Below, piece after piece: positions 56,316-64,000 of a stretch of 64,000 nucleotides of DNA; within the stretch, counting starts at the first letter, position 1; every line of letters starts with the position of its first letter. The translations under genes and the position numbers were made by a program. The DNA lies in contig JAQBRH010000002.1 in assembly GCA_028286565.1 (NCBI GenBank), positions 17,876 to 81,875 on the forward strand, in the 5' to 3' direction. The notes under the pieces were generated by a model that saw only the letters and a list, made by a program, of their open reading frames with translations, was not told where the DNA came from and searched no databases. The DNA comes from Parcubacteria group bacterium (GTDB taxonomy: Bacteria > Patescibacteriota > Minisyncoccia > Phycocordibacterales > Zambryskibacteraceae).

Positions 56316-58017
56316 GATCTATCTGCTCGGGTTCCTTCTCCTGCCATACTTCGCGCATGCTGCAACCCTTTCCATTCTCCCGGCTACGGGTTCATATGGC
56401 AGCGGCGATGTCTTCCAAGCTTCCGTGTATGTTTCGAGCCCTCTCGAGGCCATCAATGCGGTTCAAGGCACGATCTCATTCCCGGAGACGAACCTGGAGG
56501 TCGTTTCCTTGTCCAAAATGGGCTCTATTGTCGGATTGTGGGTTCAGGAGCCGACATTCTCGAATCTCGCGGGAGTGATCAACCTCGAGGGCGTAGTGCT
56601 GAATCCGGGCTTTATCGGCTCATCCGGCAAGGTGCTCACCGTCACATTTAGGGCCAGGGCCGCGGGCTCGGTGCCTGTGGTATTCAGTTCGAGTTCGGTC
56701 CTCGCGAACGACGGCCAGGGGACGAATGTTCTCAAGGGCTTCACGGGATCAACCTATATAATCGGCGATACGACTACCCAGCAGAGCGCCGCGGAAGCAA
56801 CGAGCGCTCTCGGAGAGCTCGGGACGCCCGGATCGATCGTCATAACCTCGAGCACCCATCCGGATCCCTCCAAGTGGTATAACATTTCTGATGCATCGCT
56901 TGCGTGGAAGCTGCCGGCCGGGGCGACTGGGGTGAGATATGCGTTCGATCATAATGCCCGGACGATTCCCTCAGTCGATGTCCCCGGACTTATTTCCTCA
57001 AAAACCTTTTCTAATTTAGAGGATGGAGTGTGGTATATGCATGTTCGAATAAAGAACGACAAGGGATGGGGGGCGGTTGCGCATTTTAGGGTGGCGATCG
57101 ATACTGTGCCCCCATTATCTTTCAAGATCTCTTTCCCTCACGGGTCTATATCGGATGATCCGCGGCCGGTCGTCTATTTCAATACGACAGATAAGGGATC
57201 GGGTATCAGCCACTACGCCGTGCGAGTGGGAGAAAATGATCTTCCGATCGTCGAGGAAAGAGATATTTCTTCAAACCCATATGCTGTTCCTTCCCAGCTT
57301 CCGGGCAAACGGGCTATTCTTGTCCAGGCAGTCGACAAGGCGGGCAACCTGACTACCGAAACGAGCGAGTTCGAAGTTCAGTCGATCGCTCCGCCGAAGA
57401 TCATCGACTTCCCGACCTCAATGGTCGAAGGAGATAGCCTGCGCATCCGAGGTACTACGTACATAGGCGCTACTATCAATGCATATGTGAAGAACGAAAA
57501 GGGAGAAATCGATACGGAGGCCACTAAAAGCACTGGCCTCGGAGATTTCGGCTTCATGTGGTCAAAACATTTGGACCCGGGAGTGTACATCGTGACTTTC
57601 GACGCGATTGATATCCGCGGAGCCACCAGCATACGTACCGAGCCTCTGACCCTCGAGGTAAAGCGCAGAGCTCTCTTTGCCATCGGGTCCTTGATCGTCG
57701 ACTATGTGTCGCTCGCTCTGTTCCTCGTCTTCTGCATTGCCGGCCTTGCTTTCCTCGGCTGGTATCTCCTGTCAAAAATTATTTTCTTCAAGACGAAGCT
57801 CCGCAAGGATCTCCACAAGATGGATCATGATTTCCATAAAGCCTTTGCTCTCTTGGCCAAAGATTTCGAGGATGAGATCAAGCACCTCGAGGGAGTCCGT
57901 TCAATGCGGGAATTGACCCAGGAAGAAGAGAGGATCGTCAAAAAAATGCGCCAGAACCTCGACGACGCCGAGGAATATCTCGAAGAAGAGCTGAGGGGCA
58001 TCGAAAATAAATTATAG
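56305..58017 (+). CDS. Cohesin-like domain plus Ig repeats, TM and cytoplasmic coiled coil
   Basis: INAVQG.ISF, LWVQEP, VLANDGQGTN, SSTHPD...WY, AVDKAGN. Confidence 0.8.
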   Translation: MKNKIYLLGFLLLPYFAHAATLSILPATGSYGSGDVFQASVYVSSPLEAINAVQGTISFPETNLEVVSLSKMGSIVGLWVQEPTFSNLAGVINLEGVVLNPGFIGSSGKVLTVTFRARAAGSVPVVFSSSSVLANDGQGTNVLKGFTGSTYIIGDTTTQQSAAEATSALGELGTPGSIVITSSTHPDPSKWYNISDASLAWKLPAGATGVRYAFDHNARTIPSVDVPGLISSKTFSNLEDGVWYMHVRIKNDKGWGAVAHFRVAIDTVPPLSFKISFPHGSISDDPRPVVYFNTTDKGSGISHYAVRVGENDLPIVEERDISSNPYAVPSQLPGKRAILVQAVDKAGNLTTETSEFEVQSIAPPKIIDFPTSMVEGDSLRIRGTTYIGATINAYVKNEKGEIDTEATKSTGLGDFGFMWSKHLDPGVYIVTFDAIDIRGATSIRTEPLTLEVKRRALFAIGSLIVDYVSLALFLVFCIAGLAFLGWYLLSKIIFFKTKLRKDLHKMDHDFHKAFALLAKDFEDEIKHLEGVRSMRELTQEEERIVKKMRQNLDDAEEYLEEELRGIENKL

Positions 58018-58046
58018 AAAAAATGCCGCACCACTACGGTACGGCA

Positions 58047-58634
58047 TTACACAGGCAGGATGGCATCGATAAAGCCCCAGTCAAGCGCCTCTTCTGCGGT
58101 CAGAATGTGATCCTTGCGCAGGAGGGTATGAAGGTCTTCATCAGTTTTTCCAACCGCGCTTACGCGCCGGAGCAAAAGTTCATGAGTGTAGGCCCAGGCC
58201 TCCTCGAGATCCGGTATCACCTTGTTGTCCAGGAACAGCTTAAACGCATCTGTATCCATGAACGGTCGGATAGAAACAGGATACGTTTGAGTATTGTAAT
58301 GGAAGAGATACTTCGATTCGGGTCTCCCAACGCGAATGTGACAGGCTTGAAGAATGAAGGCTGCGGCAGAGTATGCTCGGCCGGTTACCACTCCTATTAC
58401 CGCTTGATCGCTTTTCTCGATAGTCTTGCATATCTGCTGGGAGCACAAGAAGCTACCGCCCTTAGAATTTATCTGCAGGGTAACCACCGGATAGGCGCGT
58501 GAGGCCTGGCGGCTGAGTAATTGGTCGAATTGCTGTGTTCGGGCCAGGTTGACTCGGCTGTTGAGCCTGATTCTTTGCTTGCGTGGGACGGATTGTAGAG
58601 TAGCTAGAATCGCGTCCTTGCGTATGCACAGCAT
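58047..58634 (-). CDS. ClpP-like protease subunit (divergent)
   Basis: INSKGG, AYSAA, LFH, D..LTAEEALDWGFID; GGAGG SD before ATG 58634. Confidence 0.8.
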   Translation of the reverse strand: MLCIRKDAILATLQSVPRKQRIRLNSRVNLARTQQFDQLLSRQASRAYPVVTLQINSKGGSFLCSQQICKTIEKSDQAVIGVVTGRAYSAAAFILQACHIRVGRPESKYLFHYNTQTYPVSIRPFMDTDAFKLFLDNKVIPDLEEAWAYTHELLLRRVSAVGKTDEDLHTLLRKDHILTAEEALDWGFIDAILPV

Positions 58635-58737
58635 TGTTTCCTCCGGCCCGGGGCCAGGTTTGCCGTGTGAAGGAACATTGACTCTAGGATGTTTCTGGTG
58701 TAAAATGATATCATTAACAAAATATTTGTCAAGTAAT

Positions 58738-58905
58738 ATGCACGAATCGAACGAAAACGTTTCTTCAAACGAAGAAGCAGTACAGGCAGAATTAAAAAAG
58801 GGACAGATCGGATACGTGGACAAGCATGGATCATTCATGAAGTTCGATACTCCGGAGCAATTGGCTGAATACCGAAGCGAGGAGAACGATCCGTCCAATA
58901 GATAA
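58738..58905 (+). CDS. Small acidic hypothetical protein (55 aa)
   Basis: MHESNEN...; followed by terminator. Confidence 0.5.
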   Translation: MHESNENVSSNEEAVQAELKKGQIGYVDKHGSFMKFDTPEQLAEYRSEENDPSNR

Positions 58906-58908
58906 GCA

Positions 58909-58933
58909 AAAAACTCCCTTCGGGGAGTTTTTT
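58909..58933 (+). terminator. Intrinsic terminator
   Basis: AAAAACTCCC-ttcg-GGGAGTTTTT. Confidence 0.75.
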
Positions 58934-58951
58934 CTTTGGTATACTTATTTC

Positions 58952-61675
58952 ATGTCAGAGACTGGATCTTTTTCTAATCCCCACGAAGAACTCGCCTACC
59001 TTCGCTCCAAAGTCCTTGAGACAGAGAAGCGCCTCGAGAAGTTCGGCGTCGAACCTATCCGCCCGGATATCATCCGAAGCACGGTCAGTGATTTCAAGGA
59101 TTCCCATGCCCGCCTCGTGACTCCGGAGAAACAAGCGGCGGCATCGACTCAAGCCGAAACTCTCCTCGGCGCAACGGACGAGAAGCAGCTGAAAGAAATG
59201 CTTCGCATTACGGAGACAAAGGGCGTGCTCCAAGCCCTCTCCACGATCGAGAAGATGCGCGGCTGGAAGCTTGAGGACGATTTCCACGATCACTTGGTCG
59301 GCCTCATCACGCACGGCCTGCCTCCGCAGGGGATAAAAGAAAAAGGCCCGGAGTACAAAGCGCTTCACATGAGCCTCTATGAGGTCATACTCCCGAAGAC
59401 CGTCGAATCGGATAAGCCTTTTGCCGAATTGGTCCGCAGCATGGAACAGCTCTATGCAGGGCTTCTCTCCATCGGAAGCGATAAGGACACGGAGAACGAC
59501 TATATGGTCTTTGAGATCGCGAATCCCGATGGGGAAGAAGACACTGCGATCTTTGTCTCCGTGCCTACGGATCGCAAACAGCTTTTCGAACGGCAGGTCC
59601 TTTCGATCTTTCCGACCGTCCGTCTCAACCCTCGAGAGCGTGACTACAATATCTTTAGCGACGGAGGCCGGGCCTTCGGCGCGAGTGCGAACCTCGCCTC
59701 GTTCGGAGCATATCCCTTGCAGACAGCCGAGGCCTTTGGAGAAGATCCGCTGAATGTGATCCTCCAGAGCTTCGCCAAGATCCCAAAGGCCGGATCGGGC
59801 GCGGCGCTCCAGATCATTTTTAAGCCGAGGGGAACATCGTATACGGACTCATATCAAAAAGCCCTCGAGAAGATCCAAAAGGGCACCAAGCCCGAAGAGG
59901 CGCTCGAGCAAAGCACCTTCGGCGGGGAATTCAAGAAAGCCGTCGGTGAGATATTTTTCTCCATAGACAAGAAAAAAGAAGACAAGGCGCCGATCATCCC
60001 CGAAGACATCATCCTCAGCATCAAGAAAAAGCTCGAAAGCCCCATCGTCGAGACGAACATCCGCTTTGCCGTCTCGGCTCCGATTGAAAGCGACGCTCGG
60101 CACCTCTTGGACCACCTCGAGTCGGCCTTTAACCAATTCGAGAGCTCAGGCAAGAACCGGTTCGAATGGGAGCGGGTGCAGGCGAACAAGGAAAGCGATT
60201 TTTATCGGGCCTTCACCTTCCGGCTTTTCAGAGAGAGCGATGTTGTCCCTTTGAACCTCAAAGAACTCTCGGCCATCCTCCATTTCCATACCGAGTCCCT
60301 CATCGAAACCTCGACCTTGAAGCGAAGCTCGGCCAAAGGCGCGCCGCTCCCCATGGGCGTACCGACCGAAGGCACATTCCTCGGAGTGAATAAATTCCAG
60401 AACGGCGAGATGAAGGTGGCCATGAAGGACGAAGACCGGCTCAGGCATTTCTATGCGATCGGCCAGACCGGGACGGGAAAGTCGACCCTTCTCAAGAACA
60501 TGATCATCCAGGACATTATCCGCGGAGACGGCGTCTGCATGATCGATCCGCACGGAGTGGATATCCAAGATGTGCTCGCGAACATCCCGCAGCATCGGAT
60601 CGACGATGTGATCTACTTCGACCCGGCCTCGACCGAGCGCCCGATGGCCCTCAACATGCTCGAATACAACCCGAAGTATCCGGAGCAAAAGACCTTTGTG
60701 GTGAACGAACTTTTCTCTATCTTCCAAAAGCTCTATGGAGGCAATCCCGAATCGATGGGCCCGATGTTCGAGCAATACTTTAGGAACGCGGCTATGCTCG
60801 TGATCGAAGATCCAGAGACGGGGTCAACCCTCCTCGACATCTCGAGAGTGCTTGCGAACAAGCAGTATAGACAGCTGAAGATCAGCCGCTGCAAGAACCC
60901 GATCGTCGTTCAGTTTTGGACCGAAGTGGCGGACAAGGCGGGCGGAGAAGCATCGCTCGCGAACATCGTCCCGTACATCACCTCGAAGTTCGACGTCTTC
61001 CTGGCGAACGACATTATGCGTCCCATCATTGCCCAGGAAAGGTCCTCGTTCGATTTTCGGGACATCATGGACAAGAAAAAGATCCTCCTCGTCAATCTTT
61101 CCAAGGGCCGCCTCGGAGACATCAACGCGAACCTGATCGGCCTGATCCTCGTCGGAAAGATCCTCATGGCCGCCCTTTCAAGGGTTGATTCGATCGGACA
61201 GGGCATGCCCCCGTTCTATCTATACATAGATGAATTCCAAAACGTCACCACGAACTCGATAGCCACCATCCTTTCGGAGGCGCGCAAATATAAGCTGTCG
61301 CTGAACATCGCTCATCAATACATCGCCCAGCTTGAAGACAACATCAAGAACGCCGTATTCGGAAACGTCGGCACGCTCGCGGTTTTCAGAGTGGGAACTG
61401 ACGACGCCGAGTACCTTTCAAAGCAATTCGAGCCCGTCTTTACCGCAAACGATATAGTGAATATCGATAACAGGAATGCGTATATAAAAATGCTCGTCGA
61501 CGGCCGGCCGGTCGCTCCGTTCAATATCGAGACCCTGCCTCCTCCTCCCGGACATCCGGATCAAATAGAGACCATCAAGCGATTATCATTCGGCAAATAC
61601 GGAGGGGATAAGGCGGAGATCGAAGCTCGTATCATGGAAAAGTATAAAAAAGCCGATCCTCCTCCCGCTATATAA
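58952..61675 (+). CDS. VirD4/TraD/HerA-like P-loop ATPase (coupling-protein-like)
   Basis: RH.Y.IGQTGTGKS, IDPHG, LYIDEFQN, LSEARKY, AHQY..QL. Confidence 0.88.
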   Translation: MSETGSFSNPHEELAYLRSKVLETEKRLEKFGVEPIRPDIIRSTVSDFKDSHARLVTPEKQAAASTQAETLLGATDEKQLKEMLRITETKGVLQALSTIEKMRGWKLEDDFHDHLVGLITHGLPPQGIKEKGPEYKALHMSLYEVILPKTVESDKPFAELVRSMEQLYAGLLSIGSDKDTENDYMVFEIANPDGEEDTAIFVSVPTDRKQLFERQVLSIFPTVRLNPRERDYNIFSDGGRAFGASANLASFGAYPLQTAEAFGEDPLNVILQSFAKIPKAGSGAALQIIFKPRGTSYTDSYQKALEKIQKGTKPEEALEQSTFGGEFKKAVGEIFFSIDKKKEDKAPIIPEDIILSIKKKLESPIVETNIRFAVSAPIESDARHLLDHLESAFNQFESSGKNRFEWERVQANKESDFYRAFTFRLFRESDVVPLNLKELSAILHFHTESLIETSTLKRSSAKGAPLPMGVPTEGTFLGVNKFQNGEMKVAMKDEDRLRHFYAIGQTGTGKSTLLKNMIIQDIIRGDGVCMIDPHGVDIQDVLANIPQHRIDDVIYFDPASTERPMALNMLEYNPKYPEQKTFVVNELFSIFQKLYGGNPESMGPMFEQYFRNAAMLVIEDPETGSTLLDISRVLANKQYRQLKISRCKNPIVVQFWTEVADKAGGEASLANIVPYITSKFDVFLANDIMRPIIAQERSSFDFRDIMDKKKILLVNLSKGRLGDINANLIGLILVGKILMAALSRVDSIGQGMPPFYLYIDEFQNVTTNSIATILSEARKYKLSLNIAHQYIAQLEDNIKNAVFGNVGTLAVFRVGTDDAEYLSKQFEPVFTANDIVNIDNRNAYIKMLVDGRPVAPFNIETLPPPPGHPDQIETIKRLSFGKYGGDKAEIEARIMEKYKKADPPPAI

Positions 61676-61718
61676 AAAATAACGGGGCCGACGATGGTCG
61701 GCCCCTGGTGGGTTGTGT

Positions 61719-61997
61719 CTAGCCCTTGTGTTCGCCGAGCGTTCCTTTGAAGCTCTCCTGGGTCCGCTCTTCGGCGATGTCTTCGCCGAGGCGGCGGTTA
61801 CGAGCCTGCTCTGCGAAAACCGCCAGGGCGCCTTGGGACAAGCGTTCGCGCGGCTTTCGGGCGGATCTCTGAAGCGGAGGCATCACGGGGGCTTCCGGCT
61901 TCGGAGGCGGCGCGGGGCGTTTTGCCGCAAGGGCTTGCATGCGAGCGATGGAAGCTTGGACCGGATCGGTCTCGTTCTCGGACATCTCTGACTCCAT
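61719..61997 (-). CDS. Hypothetical Pro-rich protein
   Basis: 92-aa ORF; GC hairpin 61684-61705 between convergent genes. Confidence 0.5.
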   Translation of the reverse strand: MESEMSENETDPVQASIARMQALAAKRPAPPPKPEAPVMPPLQRSARKPRERLSQGALAVFAEQARNRRLGEDIAEERTQESFKGTLGEHKG

Positions 61998-62105
61998 TGC
62001 TATGGGTCGACGTGCGAGGAGGTGCTGGTTCTGAACTGTATCTTATCACAAACAAGCTCTAAAGTCAATAGCACTAAACTCTGTGGATAAGGATAAACAG
62101 GGAAA

Positions 62106-62558
62106 TTAGGAGAATAAAGAATCGATCACGTCTTTAACCGTGGAGCTGTCGGCCTTGCCTTTGAGGTCTTTCATGATGAGGCCCATGAATTGGCCTTTTT
62201 TAGCGGGGTCGGTTGAGCCGGTCTCTGCCTGTTTCGCTTTTATAAATGTTTCAATTTCAGCTTTCGACATTTGCTGGGGAAGGAAGGTTTCGAGAACGCG
62301 GAGCTCGGCCTGCTCATCGTGGGCGAGGTCGGCTCGGCCGCCTTTCTCGAATTGCTCGATCGAATCCTTGCGCTGCTTTACGCCCCGGTGGATCACGGCC
62401 ATGGCGTCCTCATCCGAGAGGATCTCGTCCGGTTTTCGCTTTTTGGCTACGAGTTCGTTCGTGAAGGCGGTCAGGAGGCCCCGGAGAACGTTGAGTTTTA
62501 GAGCATCCCGCGCGATCATGGCTTCCTTTATCTTCTCTCTGATTTCGGTGTGTATCAT
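62106..62558 (-). CDS. yqeY: GatB/YqeY domain protein
   Basis: KQRKDSIEQF..GGR.DLA..E..E...L..FLP.Q, MG..MK.LKGKAD. Confidence 0.92.
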   Translation of the reverse strand: MIHTEIREKIKEAMIARDALKLNVLRGLLTAFTNELVAKKRKPDEILSDEDAMAVIHRGVKQRKDSIEQFEKGGRADLAHDEQAELRVLETFLPQQMSKAEIETFIKAKQAETGSTDPAKKGQFMGLIMKDLKGKADSSTVKDVIDSLFS

Positions 62559-62598
62559 AAAATTATCTTAACACATCCATTATTGTTATAATCTAGCC

Positions 62599-63681
62599 AT
62601 GCAAAGCCTTGCCATCCTCCTTATCCTCGGATTTATCCTCCTCATCGCCTTGAACGGACTGGGCCTTTTCTTCATCTCGAGAAGGATCTCGGACCGGGCC
62701 GAGGTTCCCGCAGATAACAAAGGCATGGATCTCCTCCTCCAGCAGGTGAACGAACTCTCGCGCGTGGTCGACCACAAGATGAGCGAGACGAACAAGATGA
62801 TGAACGAGTCGGTGAGGAGCCAGTTCGGCGAATCGGCCAAGCTCATCCGCGAAGTGACCGAAGGCCTGACCAAGCTTGATGAGACGAACAAGCAAGTCGT
62901 CTCCTTTGCCGACCAGCTTCAATCACTCGAAGATATTTTAAAGAATCCAAAACAGCGCGGCATCCTCGGCGAATATTATCTTGAGACGCTCTTGAAGAAC
63001 TGCATGCCTCCCGGATCTTATGAAATGCAGTATGAGCTCGGGACGGACGACGACGGCGCGCGCCTCATCCCCGATGCGGTGGTCTTCGTGAAGGAGAAGA
63101 TCATCCCGATCGATTCCAAATTCTCTTTGGAGAACTATAACCGCCTGGTCGAGGAGAAGAATCCCGCCGAGAAGGTCAGGCTCGAGAAGCTCTTCGTCAG
63201 CGACCTCAAGAACCGCATCACCGAGACGTCCAAATATATCCAGCCGGGCAAGGGGACGATGGACTTCGCTTTTATGTTCATCCCGCACGAAGCCATCTAC
63301 TATGACCTCATTGTGAACAAGATCGGAGCGCTCCAAGAAGAGACCGAAAGCCTCATCCAGAGAGCCGCCTCGAAATACAAGGTCATCATCGTCTCGCCGA
63401 CATCTTTCCTCGCCTACCTCCAGACCGTTCTCCAAGGATTGAAGGCCCTCCAGATCGAAGAGAAGGCCCAGGAGATCGTAAAGAGGGTAGAGGACCTCGG
63501 GCGGCACCTTAAAACCTACGAAGAATATTATACAAAGCTCGGGAACACTCTCGGCACGGCGGTTAACCATTACAACGGGGCGGGGAAGGAGCTTTCTAAG
63601 ATAGACAAGGATGTCCTTCGCATCACCGGTACCTCCGCCGGCATCGAAACTATCTCCATCGACAAACCGAGCCTGGAATAG
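62599..63681 (+). CDS. rmuC: DNA recombination protein RmuC
   Basis: K.RG..GE, PD, IDSKF, KYI.P...T.DFA.MFIP.E, SPTS. Confidence 0.93.
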   Translation: MQSLAILLILGFILLIALNGLGLFFISRRISDRAEVPADNKGMDLLLQQVNELSRVVDHKMSETNKMMNESVRSQFGESAKLIREVTEGLTKLDETNKQVVSFADQLQSLEDILKNPKQRGILGEYYLETLLKNCMPPGSYEMQYELGTDDDGARLIPDAVVFVKEKIIPIDSKFSLENYNRLVEEKNPAEKVRLEKLFVSDLKNRITETSKYIQPGKGTMDFAFMFIPHEAIYYDLIVNKIGALQEETESLIQRAASKYKVIIVSPTSFLAYLQTVLQGLKALQIEEKAQEIVKRVEDLGRHLKTYEEYYTKLGNTLGTAVNHYNGAGKELSKIDKDVLRITGTSAGIETISIDKPSLE

Positions 63682-63739
63682 GCTTGTACACGCCTCATAT
63701 TCTTGCTTTTCTAGGCTTAATATGTAGAATAAGTGTCCT

Positions 63740-64000
63740 ATGGCAGAAAAAGCAACCACAAAGAAACCGGCTAAAAAGGTCGCCCCAGAAGCCGCTGAAA
63801 GCGCTCCAAAGGCCGTGAAGGCCCCAAAGGCTCCTAAGACCGAGTTCGCGGTTATCGCGACCGGAGGCAAGCAGTACCGCGTCTCCCCCGGAGATTCGAT
63901 CAAGATCGAGAAGATCATCGGCGAGCACAAAGAAGGGGACAAGCTCGTATTCGACAAGGTTCTCCTCGTCGACGACGGAGGCCTCGCAGCCACCATCGGC
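63740..64000 (+). CDS. rplU: 50S ribosomal protein L21 (partial, runs off window)
   Basis: [19 protein letters not shown] after a K/A/P-rich N-terminal extension. Confidence 0.93.
   Translation, partial: MAEKATTKKPAKKVAPEAAESAPKAVKAPKAPKTEFAVIATGGKQYRVSPGDSIKIEKIIGEHKEGDKLVFDKVLLVDDGGLAATIG

Noticed and set aside
48078-58017. Prophage or island integrated at tRNA-Glu
   Set aside because: No duplicate of the tRNA-Glu 3' end seen; no integrase, terminase or capsid genes; the fibre-like protein has a signal peptide.

Overview
Bacterial chromosomal window (standard code 11). Gene content and protein features point to a Patescibacteria/CPR (Parcubacteria-like) genome; this is an inference from short Zn-less DnaX/HolB, ProRS without an editing domain, a minimal dcw cluster, an orphan VirD4-like ATPase and cohesin/dockerin surface proteins. 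Layout: (1) 1-4 kb: Ig-repeat lipoprotein, dnaX and a second lipoprotein. (2) ~4-16.6 kb: patchwork accessory region centred on tRNA-Gln(TTG), punctuated by at least 7 copies of a 28-bp tRNA-3'-end-like motif whose orientation flips at the tRNA, plus an exact duplicate of the tRNA 3' end; no recombinase is in the window. (3) ~16.6-29.6 kb: stress/envelope genes (KGG protein, ClpP-like, sortase F plus substrate, LexA, G1 peptidase, ECF sigma, DEAD helicase, DoxX, FAD oxidoreductase), seven preceded by a shared ECF-type promoter motif. (4) 29.6-48 kb: housekeeping (FKBP, holB, frr, rseP, proS, mreBCD-pbp2, greA, lysS, mraZ-rsmH-ftsL-ftsI-murF-folD, tRNA-Glu). (5) 49-58 kb: surface locus with WxL-like pair, DUF916-like chaperone, dockerin and cohesin proteins. 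(6) 58-64 kb: ClpP-like, VirD4-like ATPase, YqeY, rmuC, partial rplU. Best leads: the tRNA-anchored cassette-like repeat array, the clustered ECF regulon, the WxL-like/cohesin-dockerin locus, and the split between leaderless core genes and SD-led orphan (partly lipoprotein) genes. All family assignments were made by eye from motifs; no searches were run.
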